A stretch of 64,000 nt of DNA. Source: Candidatus Saccharimonadota bacterium. Lineage in GTDB: Bacteria > Patescibacteriota > Saccharimonadia > Saccharimonadales > SLHW01. Of the stretch, positions 50,419-59,316 are shown piece by piece. Every line of letters starts with the position of its first letter. Positions within the stretch are counted from its first letter, which is position 1. The notes beneath the pieces were generated by a model, which worked only from the letters and a program-made list of their open reading frames with translations, ran no database searches and was not told the DNA's origin. Both the position numbers and the translations under genes were made by a program. The stretch is from positions 354,446-418,445 of the forward strand of contig JAGXIU010000003.1 in the NCBI GenBank assembly GCA_024635455.1, written 5' to 3'.

Positions 50419-51018
50419 ATGAATGTAACTAATGCTGAGTACTTTACTTTTAATGTAGATTCGTCACTACTATTAGTTGGACAAACTGGTACAGGCAAAT
50501 CCGTATTAGAAGATAGATATATTGAACGTTTACTGAGTTCTTTTTCACCTGACGAATTAAAGTTTGTGCTTATTGATATGACAGGAGTCGATTTTTTTCA
50601 AATTAGGGATAATCATAAAGACTACATTATGGAAGATGTTAAATTTGATTCAAGCAAGGGTCTGGCAGTCTTGGAGCAAGTTGATACTCTTGCGAAAGAA
50701 CGAGTTAGTTCACAAAATATTACACCCTTGATAGTTCTATGTATTGAAGAATGCGACATGGCCGCCCTAAACCAAACTCGTTTCGACAACTCGTTAATTT
50801 CTATAAATAAAATCGCAAAATCAGCAAATATAAAAGTAATCTACTCCACATCACGTCCAGCTCCCGACGTTGTCTCAAGTCGTTTATTAAACAGTTTCGA
50901 TTTAATTTTAGCTGGCACTCTTGTAGATACTGATTATGAATATCTAGGTGTTCAAAAACCCAAAGAACATAAAAAATTTGAATTCGTTGTAACACAATTA
51001 AATAAGAGTAACGGGTAA
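50419..51018 (+). CDS. minimal FtsK/SpoIIIE-family ATPase (199 aa)
   Basis: Walker A GQTGTGKS, LKFVLIDMTGVDF, Walker B LIVLCIEECDM, IKVIYSTSRP (compare ATQRP). Confidence 0.7.
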   Translation: MNVTNAEYFTFNVDSSLLLVGQTGTGKSVLEDRYIERLLSSFSPDELKFVLIDMTGVDFFQIRDNHKDYIMEDVKFDSSKGLAVLEQVDTLAKERVSSQNITPLIVLCIEECDMAALNQTRFDNSLISINKIAKSANIKVIYSTSRPAPDVVSSRLLNSFDLILAGTLVDTDYEYLGVQKPKEHKKFEFVVTQLNKSNG

Positions 51019-51020
51019 AA

Positions 51021-51437
51021 ATGAATGTTTATCTTGATATAGATGGGGTGTTGCTCGCTAACGACCTTAACCCCGCTAATCACGTTCACAAATTTCTTCA
51101 AACTATAAATCAAAAAGCGGAAAAAGTTTATTGGCTAACTACGCACTGCCAAGGAGACTCGCTAACAGCAGTAAAACGACTTTCACTGGTATTTGAACCA
51201 AAAACTCTTGAGCTGATAAAAAACTATAAGCCTACTACTTGGGAAACCGCTAAAACACGAGCGATAGACATAAAAGAACCTTTCCTCTGGTTTGATGATA
51301 ACTTATTCCATGAAGAAAGGATTACACTCGAAAAACACGGTCTTTTAGATAACTGGATAGAGGTAAATTTAACTAAATATGAAAACCATTTACTAAAGTT
51401 TATTACGGATTTTCCTATACCTGTTCAAGGTTTATAA
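51021..51437 (+). CDS. HAD-like hydrolase
   Basis: Motif I YLDIDGVLL, WLTTH, WFDDN. Confidence 0.5.
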   Translation: MNVYLDIDGVLLANDLNPANHVHKFLQTINQKAEKVYWLTTHCQGDSLTAVKRLSLVFEPKTLELIKNYKPTTWETAKTRAIDIKEPFLWFDDNLFHEERITLEKHGLLDNWIEVNLTKYENHLLKFITDFPIPVQGL

Positions 51438-51591
51438 ACAACTTACAGTGCAATTCTCTCCAAAATCTAAAATCTTCTTGATTTAATAGAGTCCCTAAAA
51501 TTACAAGACTAACCTGTATGATAGCTCTTTGCGATATATCTATGAAACTCTTTTCATGTGTCGATGAATTTCCATTATAATGGAGTAAGTT

Positions 51592-52464
51592 ATGAGGGAA
51601 ACAAAAAACCAAGTAAAGACATTAGCGACTGCTATACCACGACCTTTCTTAAAATGGGTTGGTGGCAAAGCTAGATTATTACCAGAGATTTCAAAGTATT
51701 ACCCAACAAGTCATGGAACATTTTATGAACCTTTCGTAGGCGGGGGTGCAATGTACTTTTCCCTAAAGCCTAAATCTGCCCACATCAATGACCTAAACCT
51801 CGTTCTTATTAGTGCATATAAGCACATCAGGGATAGATTAAAGCCGCTGATTGGTTCGTTGCAAGAGCTTGAATTACGGTACTACTCATTACCTTCACTA
51901 GAGGAAAAGAAGTTATTTTTTCTAGAGCAACGAGAAACCTTCAATTCTTTACCTAACGATTCTTTCGAAAAAACTGTGCTTCTAATATTCCTAAATAAAA
52001 CTTGTTTCAACGGAATGTATAGGGAGAATTCTAAAGGTGGGTTCAATGTACCATTCGGAAAACATGAAAAACCAAAAATATGTGACGAGATTAATTTGAA
52101 GAGAGTATCCGTTTCTTTACAAAATACTACAATTACACATTCGTCGTATGAAGAAGCTGTATCTACTGCGAAAAAAAATGATTTTGTTTATTTTGACCCA
52201 CCATATCACCCCCTCAATCCAACTTCTAGTTTCACCAGTTATCAGGCAGGAGGTTTCTCTGAGCAAGACCAAGTTAAATTACGAGATGAATTCAAAAGAC
52301 TTTCTAACATCGGCTGCAAGGTTATGTTAAGCAACTCTGATTCGCCCCTAATAAATGAACTATACAAAGAATTCAATATTCGCAAAATATATGCCGCTCG
52401 CTCAATTAATTCAGTCGGCACTAAAAGGGGCAAAATCCTAGAAGTATTAATAACAAATTACTAG
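51592..52464 (+). CDS. dpnM: Dam-family N6-adenine DNA methyltransferase (GATC), DpnM-like
   Basis: FLKWVGGKARLLPEI, FEPFVGGGA, DPPY motifs. Confidence 0.9.
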   Translation: MRETKNQVKTLATAIPRPFLKWVGGKARLLPEISKYYPTSHGTFYEPFVGGGAMYFSLKPKSAHINDLNLVLISAYKHIRDRLKPLIGSLQELELRYYSLPSLEEKKLFFLEQRETFNSLPNDSFEKTVLLIFLNKTCFNGMYRENSKGGFNVPFGKHEKPKICDEINLKRVSVSLQNTTITHSSYEEAVSTAKKNDFVYFDPPYHPLNPTSSFTSYQAGGFSEQDQVKLRDEFKRLSNIGCKVMLSNSDSPLINELYKEFNIRKIYAARSINSVGTKRGKILEVLITNY

Positions 52465-52465
52465 C

Positions 52466-53254
52466 ATGGGAAATTTCAAACACTATCAGTCTGAATTAGT
52501 TACTCTTTACATAGATGATGCTATCAAACGAATGAAAAAACTTGAAAAAGAGTCGGTAGATATGATTTTTGCTGACCCACCTTATTATTTGTCTAACAAT
52601 GGTATCACTGTAAAAAGCGGAAAAATGGTTTCAGTTAACAAAGCAGAGTGGGACGTTAGTAAAGGTGTACTAGAAGATTTTAAGTTTCATAAAAAATGGA
52701 TAAAAGCAGCGCATAGGCTACTAAAACCCAACGGTACGCTCTGGATAAGTGGGACTTACCATTCTATCTACCTTTGTGGCCATGCACTTCAAGAAAACGG
52801 ATACAAAATACTTAATGATATTGCGTGGTTCAAGCCTAACGGCGCACCCAATATTAGTTGTCGATACTTTACAGCTAGTCATGAAACTTTGTTATGGTCT
52901 GCTAAAAGCCCTAATTCAAAACACACTTTCAATTATGAGTCGATGAAGTACAACAGGTGGGAAGAAGATGTGTTTAAGAAAGAAGCAAAGCAAATGCGAA
53001 GTGTCTGGTGCATTCCTACTCCTGGACCTAGTGAAAAAAAAAGTGGCAAGCACCCTACGCAAAAACCACTGGCGTTGCTTGAACGAGTTATTTTAGCTAG
53101 CACCCAAGAAGGAGATACAGTTCTTGACCCTTTCAATGGTAGTGGTACTACTGGTATAGCTGCACTCAAATTAGGAAGAAAATACGTTGGAATAGATAAT
53201 AAGACGGAATACCTCGATATAACCGTTAAGCGCATTCAAGATATAATCAAATAA
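52466..53254 (+). CDS. dpnA: second N6/N4 DNA methyltransferase (beta class), DpnA-like
   Basis: DMIFADPPYYLSN, then C-terminal HPTQKP and DPFNGSGTTG. Confidence 0.85.
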   Translation: MGNFKHYQSELVTLYIDDAIKRMKKLEKESVDMIFADPPYYLSNNGITVKSGKMVSVNKAEWDVSKGVLEDFKFHKKWIKAAHRLLKPNGTLWISGTYHSIYLCGHALQENGYKILNDIAWFKPNGAPNISCRYFTASHETLLWSAKSPNSKHTFNYESMKYNRWEEDVFKKEAKQMRSVWCIPTPGPSEKKSGKHPTQKPLALLERVILASTQEGDTVLDPFNGSGTTGIAALKLGRKYVGIDNKTEYLDITVKRIQDIIK

Positions 53255-53266
53255 AACAGGAGTAAT

Positions 53267-54181
53267 ATGAAACATCTAGAACACTACAAGAGTAACGGCC
53301 TTCAATCTTCCGATCATGTTTTTGATTATCTTCTTGAGACAATGCGTCCAGGTGTAGCTGATTGGGAGTACTTTGTGGACTGGAACAAGGTTTTCAACAA
53401 CACCAGACTAATAGAGTCGAGCCTTAACATTATGAATTATCTATTAGGTAAAGAAGATTTTGATAATGAATTTAGATACTTAGTGAAGAAGTATCCTGAA
53501 ATTATGCAGATGATTCCAGTATTGATAGTACGGAATGGTGCAAAATCCAGCGAATATCATGTAGTGACAGTTAACGGTGCTTCATTAACCGAGGAAGCTT
53601 TTAAATTCAGCAATTCACAGCCTAGTGACGAAGATATAGAAAGTGCCATTCTATTTATTAAAAACAGCGGACTGATAAAAATATTCAGACAGGACGGCGT
53701 TCACAATCTTGTTGACTATGTACTTGGTGTAGAAGCAGGATTGAGCAGTAATGGTAGAAAAAATAGAGGTGGCAAGGCTATGGAAAATGTCTGCGACGCT
53801 CTTCTCGCTGGAATGAAACTTGATTATCTAAGAGAGGCTAATTCAAAGGATATTGAACAGAAATTCGGCGTAGAACTAAAAGGAATGGAAGGACGACGCT
53901 TTGATTTCGTAACGATGGTAAACAATAAGTTGTTTGTTTTAGAAGTAAATTGCTACTCAAGCGGTGGGTCTAAGCTCGATAAGACAGCTAGCGATTTCAG
54001 GGGGCTCCAAGACGAACTTAGGGGTCAAGCAGTTTTTGTGTGGCTTACCGATGGCCATGGTTGGCTCAAAACCCGTAACCCACTACGGAAAGCCTTTGAC
54101 CATAATGACTACATACTCAATATTGAGATGATAAATAAGGGCGCCTTAGCAGAAGTTTTTGAGACAGCCTCAACTAATTAA
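53267..54181 (+). CDS. dpnB: type II restriction endonuclease, DpnII/MboI family
   Basis: Colinear with R.DpnII as I recall it: VADWEYFVDWNKV, NLVDYVLGVEAGLSSNGRKNRGGKAME, RFDFV, LEVNCYSSGGSKL, WLTDGHGW. Confidence 0.85.
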   Translation: MKHLEHYKSNGLQSSDHVFDYLLETMRPGVADWEYFVDWNKVFNNTRLIESSLNIMNYLLGKEDFDNEFRYLVKKYPEIMQMIPVLIVRNGAKSSEYHVVTVNGASLTEEAFKFSNSQPSDEDIESAILFIKNSGLIKIFRQDGVHNLVDYVLGVEAGLSSNGRKNRGGKAMENVCDALLAGMKLDYLREANSKDIEQKFGVELKGMEGRRFDFVTMVNNKLFVLEVNCYSSGGSKLDKTASDFRGLQDELRGQAVFVWLTDGHGWLKTRNPLRKAFDHNDYILNIEMINKGALAEVFETASTN

Positions 54182-54376
54182 CCAAGTTAGTAAATTAAAG
54201 TAGTCACATTTGTTATTGCCACAGCCTAAATAAGGTTTGCTTTTTGATAAATACTTGTTAGAACGGCTTAGAATCGCTCAGAAAACCTGTTTAATGCTCG
54301 TTTACTCTTTGTTTTCTTACTAGTATGTAAGGTAAAAAGTCTATTTTCTAATACCAAAATCAAAATTATGAATTAC

Positions 54377-54793
54377 TTACTTGTTATTTTCAATGGAAAG
54401 GAGTTTTTTAAATAACTGCTGTGCCTCACCTGTTTCAAATAAATCAGCCCAAGCGCCTTCATTAAATCGGGAGTTTCGTGCAACCGCTGTGAGCAATTTT
54501 AAGATAAAAATCTTATCAAGATTTTTATACTTACTACTGCTTGAATCCTTGAAGAAATCTCGTCCTTCTTGCCAGCTACCCCAATCAAAATCGACAATTA
54601 ATTTGTTGTCGTATAGAAACTTCATAAAATCATGAGCTAACGGGTCACTCCATGAATTTAGCGTAACGTTGTTTCCTTCTCTTACGCTGCGGTCTTCCCA
54701 CCATGGTCCTTCATGTTGTTCAAGTTCTTTTATTAAAGACGCCAGTTGTTCTAAAGCTTCATTGCTTAGTTCATAATTATTGTCATCGCTCAT
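54377..54793 (-). CDS. hypothetical protein; C-terminal segment resembles the domain often fused to or adjacent to bacterial macro domains (DUF6508-like, from memory)
   Basis: LLTAVARNSRFNEGAWADLFETGEAQQLFKKL. ATGA overlap with the upstream gene. Confidence 0.4.
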   Translation of the reverse strand: MSDDNNYELSNEALEQLASLIKELEQHEGPWWEDRSVREGNNVTLNSWSDPLAHDFMKFLYDNKLIVDFDWGSWQEGRDFFKDSSSSKYKNLDKIFILKLLTAVARNSRFNEGAWADLFETGEAQQLFKKLLSIENNK

Positions 54794-55392
54794 GTTGTAC
54801 TTTCCTTCTTGTATTTTATAAGGTCATAACCTAGTTGCCATAAGTATTTGTCTACTTCTTTTAATGAATGTTCTTCAAGTCCGTAGAATGTAATGAAAGA
54901 ATTAATAGCTTCAATATACTTTAAATAGTCTTTATTGTTCATGCCCTTACCATAAAAGCCATCGATTTTATTGAAGTACTTTAGCACGCCATCAACATAG
55001 GAGTCATAAATGGAAAATACTTCAGGTCTATGAAAGCTACAGTATTTAGATGCGAAGCTATAGAGACGAGATGACTTTCCGTCTGGTAGTGTAATGTTTG
55101 CGATGTCATCTACCAATGATAAGTCACCATTTTGAAGTCGATGGTCTATATTAAGTGCTTTTATGTGATGAGACATCTGTATGCACCCACCAGACATTCT
55201 TAGTTGTGTGCTGTAAAGATTATCTAGAGCACTGACTTTTATAACAATTTCGTCGATGCTTATATTTAAAGGGTAGGTAGAAGTGAAAAGCTTAATCAGT
55301 GCAATTTCGGTATAATTCGTCTTCTTATCAACATCAAACTTCGTGTTCAATTTGATGAGGTCTATTTTATTTGGGCGTTTTAACAAATCCAT
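54790..55392 (-). CDS. hypothetical protein (200 aa, predicted all-alpha)
   Basis: 2 nt after the macro gene stop. Motif SFASKYCSFHRPEVFSIYDSYV...DKYLWQLG. Family not recognised. Confidence 0.4.
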   Translation of the reverse strand: MDLLKRPNKIDLIKLNTKFDVDKKTNYTEIALIKLFTSTYPLNISIDEIVIKVSALDNLYSTQLRMSGGCIQMSHHIKALNIDHRLQNGDLSLVDDIANITLPDGKSSRLYSFASKYCSFHRPEVFSIYDSYVDGVLKYFNKIDGFYGKGMNNKDYLKYIEAINSFITFYGLEEHSLKEVDKYLWQLGYDLIKYKKESTT

Positions 55393-55394
55393 CG

Positions 55395-55910
55395 TTAACC
55401 CTTCAAAACACTGTCAATTAGAGATTTATCGTACTCGTTAAATGAGACTAATATTACTTCATCAATAGTTGAGGCTATTTCATTATCTTGAAAGTAATCC
55501 CTAATCGTCTTTATTGCCACACGAGTAGCTTCTTCTTTAGGGAACATATAAACGCCCGTTGATACAGCAGGGAAAGCGATTGATTTGCATTTATTTTCAT
55601 CGGCAAGCTGTAGTGAGCGTAGGTAACAACTCTCTAGTAAATTCTTTGCTTCATTTGGTGAGTACTGACCATATATTGGTCCAACAGTATGGATTACATA
55701 TTTTGCAGGCAAATCGTAACCTTTAGTTATTTTTGCGTCACCTGTTTCGCAGCCATTCAGAGTTCTACACTCCTCTAAAAGCTCTGGACCAGCAGCTGAG
55801 TGTATTACATCGTCAACGCCGCCACCGCCTAGTAGAGTATTGTTTGCAGCGTTTACTATTGCATCAATTTGAAGTGTGGTTATATCAGTCTGTATGCTTT
55901 TTATCGTCAT
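55395..55910 (-). CDS. macro domain protein (ADP-ribose/O-acetyl-ADP-ribose hydrolase, YmdB-like)
   Basis: [33 protein letters not shown]...[11 protein letters not shown]. Confidence 0.9.
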   Translation of the reverse strand: MTIKSIQTDITTLQIDAIVNAANNTLLGGGGVDDVIHSAAGPELLEECRTLNGCETGDAKITKGYDLPAKYVIHTVGPIYGQYSPNEAKNLLESCYLRSLQLADENKCKSIAFPAVSTGVYMFPKEEATRVAIKTIRDYFQDNEIASTIDEVILVSFNEYDKSLIDSVLKG

Positions 55911-55946
55911 ACATACAGTTTACTTAAAAACATTGATAGTCCGCAA

Positions 55947-56087
55947 TTATCTATCATTTTTTTGAATCATGAGTTTTGCTAATCTTATTTTGAATGCCTC
56001 TATAGACTCATCCTTTCTTGGCTTGATGAGAAAAGCTCCTGTAGTCATACTAGTATAGGTTTGTACTCTTTTTTCATTGTTTTTCAT
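55947..56087 (-). CDS. possible small ORF (46 aa) heading the macro operon
   Basis: Hand translation MKNNEKRVQTYTSMTTGAFLIKPRKDESIEAFKIRLAKLMIQKNDR. Ends 37 nt before the macro ATG. Confidence 0.2.
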   Translation of the reverse strand: MKNNEKRVQTYTSMTTGAFLIKPRKDESIEAFKIRLAKLMIQKNDR

Positions 56088-56310
56088 TAATCTATAATAT
56101 CAACAAAATCACTCTACCGTTGAATATCTTAAAATCTAAAACATAGGATTCTTTTTAACTCGATATTTGTGTGCTAATTAAGTATGGTTTTAACGCATTT
56201 ACAGACGATATACCAGCTTTTAAGGTCATTAATGAGTATATGTTCATTTGAGCTATTTAACAATGTAGCTTTGTGTTTTGTAACTCAGCTATATCAAACG
56301 TTTAGTGCGG

Positions 56311-57435
56311 TTAATAAGAAATAAACTTTATGACTCTTAATCCATCTGCGGAAGTTGTACACTCCATAACTCCTATAGCCTTTTCGGCTCTCAAGAAGCC
56401 TCTACTATCTGCAATATTTACTTTTATCAAGATAGTACCATCAGACTGTACTCTCTCTATACTCGATTGGTCATAGCCAACATTAATATCTTTCACATTG
56501 AAGTAAGATTGAGCGTAGGCTACACAACTTACTTCTGCTTCGAATATTGCGTCATCTGAACTGCCCATACCTGGAATATAGTTAACTATAAGTTTTTTTG
56601 TTACTACCCCGATATTATTTTCAGCAATAATAGTAAATACATTCTCACCAGGATTTAAGTCAGTCTTATATTTAGTAGACAATATGCCTATATTTACTGC
56701 TGTACCGTTTACTTTCAAGGAGTGACCGCTCGAACTATATATATTTGATGTTTTAAATCTTATATCATAATTTTTAAGACTTGTAGAAATCGTTAAGTGT
56801 TCGTTTTCTTCCGATGAATCTTCGACTTCAAATGTCGGCAACTCTTTTGCTTCGGGCTTTGAGTAATCGCTTAAAGGTTTTTCTTGTTTTTTTATAAAAT
56901 AAATAGTCTTTTCGTCGGTACCTTTATCATTTGAGGCAATTATTTTGTAGGACTCACTCAGATTAGTAGTATCTATTTCAAAGTAGAATCTTGAGGCGTC
57001 AACTATACTTGGTGGTACATTGACGTCATTTACAGTTAGAGTAGTATTCTTTTGTTCAGAAGAAGTGCCAGTTGACACACTTAACGAATACTTATCAGAT
57101 AATAATACTTCTTTATTTAAGTCTATATACGTTTTATCGTCATTGACTACAGAGTTTGTAATAACAATTGCTGGTGCTTTTTTTGCTTTAGGTACTGAGT
57201 CTGTACTTCCAATAAACCAGAAGCCTACCCATAATAATGAAATTATGATTGCAGTCAGCTTTTTCTGCCTACTCCACTGTTTGTGAGTTAGGGCTAAAAC
57301 TATACCAACTGGTGGAAGAAATATAAGAAATAACACAGTCAAAATAGACCTTGTAGACATTGTTTGTCCATTGGCTCTATTTAAAGAACCTTTCACTGTA
57401 TTTTGATTGGGTAGTTTTCTTATTTTCATGCTCAA
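56311..57435 (-). CDS. membrane-anchored surface protein, hypothetical
   Basis: Two N-terminal TM helices, then a beta-rich Ser/Thr/Asn-rich ectodomain. Confidence 0.45.
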   Translation of the reverse strand: MSMKIRKLPNQNTVKGSLNRANGQTMSTRSILTVLFLIFLPPVGIVLALTHKQWSRQKKLTAIIISLLWVGFWFIGSTDSVPKAKKAPAIVITNSVVNDDKTYIDLNKEVLLSDKYSLSVSTGTSSEQKNTTLTVNDVNVPPSIVDASRFYFEIDTTNLSESYKIIASNDKGTDEKTIYFIKKQEKPLSDYSKPEAKELPTFEVEDSSEENEHLTISTSLKNYDIRFKTSNIYSSSGHSLKVNGTAVNIGILSTKYKTDLNPGENVFTIIAENNIGVVTKKLIVNYIPGMGSSDDAIFEAEVSCVAYAQSYFNVKDINVGYDQSSIERVQSDGTILIKVNIADSRGFLRAEKAIGVMECTTSADGLRVIKFISY

Positions 57436-57644
57436 TAAATTTTATTAGTAATTTCGATGAACAAAAAAGCTCATCACAAGCGATACCCTTTCGGATACCC
57501 ATCACCGTTTCCAGTAATGACAACAGAAAGAAGTACTCATGATGAGCTGTTTCTTTCTGTTGATTTGATGACCATGCTAACTAAAAGTTAGTTTAGGTCG
57601 TAGTGGTTGCCCACATGTGGTCTAGTATATCGTTTTTTATAGGA

Positions 57645-57932
57645 TTATTCTTGCGTTAATTCTTTACTACGAGATTCTGCATACTCCCACGCTGAGAACG
57701 ACTTATCACTTTCTGGTATGTAAGGGTCTTCTCCAAACATTGTGTAGGAGCTATATAGCTCTTCAGCAGTTATATTTGGTTCGAGTGCAGAGATTAGGAA
57801 ATCATCTATAATCATTTTGCAATGTGCAATTGCTTTACTTAAGCTATCGTATTGTCCTGAACGATAGCGTTCACTCTCGTCCATAAAATGGAAGTTATCA
57901 TCAACTAATACTGTGTATGTTTTTCTTTTCAT
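57645..57932 (-). CDS. hypothetical protein (95 aa)
   Basis: ORF only. Confidence 0.4.
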   Translation of the reverse strand: MKRKTYTVLVDDNFHFMDESERYRSGQYDSLSKAIAHCKMIIDDFLISALEPNITAEELYSSYTMFGEDPYIPESDKSFSAWEYAESRSKELTQE

Positions 57933-58153
57933 TTTGACCTTTCAGAGCCAAATAAAAAACGGCTCATGAGTTATTATTTCATAGCCGCAATGGACGCTTG
58001 ATAGCCGCTGTCCTACATCTATATTATAGCAGATTTTGTCTGTAAAAGATATGATAATTTGTGACTAAAAAAGCAATAACACAGAAGGAACAGTGATATT
58101 CAGCTGAAAGTTAATAAATTTACAACCAATCAGTTACAATTATAACCAATACT

Positions 58154-58630
58154 ATGTTTGCAAAAATAACACCTGATTTAAACATACTGCCAGAAGACCT
58201 TAGCGATTTGAATCTGATTGCACTAGCCTTTTTTACAATAGCTGCAATATTTTTACTGATTTATATTGCCATATATTTATTACCCCATGCTTTGCGTTTA
58301 CATAAAGAAAAAAGTATAGAAAAAGAGAAATCAGAGAAAGATATACGTTTCGATAAATTTAAATCAGTGCTACACCTTGGTTCAAAACAGTTAACTATTC
58401 CTGAAAGCTCACTAGAATATTATGTATGCAAACTTGTTTTTGAAAACCCTAAAACTTATCATAGCGATTTAGATATTTTAGACGAAGCAGGTGAGCCCAA
58501 TAAAAAAGATAGGGCGGTCTATTTTGCAGTGGACAGAATAAATAAAAAAGCTAATCGTGAATTAAAACTAAAGTACAACTTATTTAAGCGCAATCGTGAA
58601 AGAACACGACTGAACGATAACTATTTTTAA
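58154..58630 (+). CDS. membrane-anchored protein with C-terminal winged-helix (OmpR/CadC-like) segment
   Basis: N-terminal TM. LTIPESSLEYYVCKLVF...AVYFAVDRINKKAN...LFKRNRERTRLN resembles trans_reg_C. Confidence 0.35.
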   Translation: MFAKITPDLNILPEDLSDLNLIALAFFTIAAIFLLIYIAIYLLPHALRLHKEKSIEKEKSEKDIRFDKFKSVLHLGSKQLTIPESSLEYYVCKLVFENPKTYHSDLDILDEAGEPNKKDRAVYFAVDRINKKANRELKLKYNLFKRNRERTRLNDNYF

Positions 58631-59011
58631 TTTTCGATAATATTTTAAGACGATTATTTATATTTTTTAATCTGTTAAACACATCTAATAACATTGAAGC
58701 TCAGTCGGTAGACCTCTACTAACATTGTTTGTTGTTCAATGAAGACAAGCTTTTACGAAGCGGTATTGAATCACCCAAAAGTATCGATTCTGTAGCCTAC
58801 CGTAAGTCTAAGCGGATAAAACATTACATTAATCTAAAAGGAGAAAAAAATCACCAATAATACTTAAAACTAAATAAAACTATAACAATGTGAAGAAACT
58901 ATATTACTAGAAATAGTGTAAGTAATTCTATCTGAACGCCTTTAACTAACTGGAAAAATTATTACCAGGCTTGTTAAGTGCGTCCATAAATCAATAATAA
59001 AGGAACTAAAA

Positions 59012-59185
59012 ATGAGAATAAGTGAAGACAGTATCTTAAATCTTCAGACGATTCTGAAGAAACAGATAGGTGAAGAATATGACTCGGAAAATGTTCAAGC
59101 AGCAGGACGAGCAATTCTAAAATTATGCGGCATAAAACTATATCAACAATTTGAGAAAGACAACGAATATGAAATACAAGACTAA
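59012..59185 (+). CDS. small hypothetical protein (57 aa, below track cutoff)
   Basis: Hand translation MRISEDSILNLQTILKKQIGEEYDSENVQAAGRAILKLCGIKLYQQFEKDNEYEIQD. AAAGGA RBS-like sequence upstream. Confidence 0.25.
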   Translation: MRISEDSILNLQTILKKQIGEEYDSENVQAAGRAILKLCGIKLYQQFEKDNEYEIQD

Positions 59186-59316
59186 AGTAACATCATTTAA
59201 AAAGTTTAAAAGGCTAATTGTACAACCACTAGCACGATATGAATACAGGCGAAAATATATAGCAGTAAGAAGAAGCATGCAGCTTAGAGAGATTAAGCTG
59301 GCTAACGAGGTACATT

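Noticed and set aside
54790-55910. Reading the macro gene plus the 200-aa gene as a DarT-DarG toxin-antitoxin pair
   Set aside because: The 200-aa protein does not show the DarT/DUF4433 N-terminal pattern I remember. The gene order and the standalone short macro protein also differ from DarTG. The question is left open in the finding rather than called.
58696-58713. GAAGCTCAGTCGGTAGAC, which looks like a tRNA D-arm
   Set aside because: No anticodon stem, T-arm (GGTTCGA) or complementary acceptor strand follows, so it is not a tRNA gene. At most it is a fragment.
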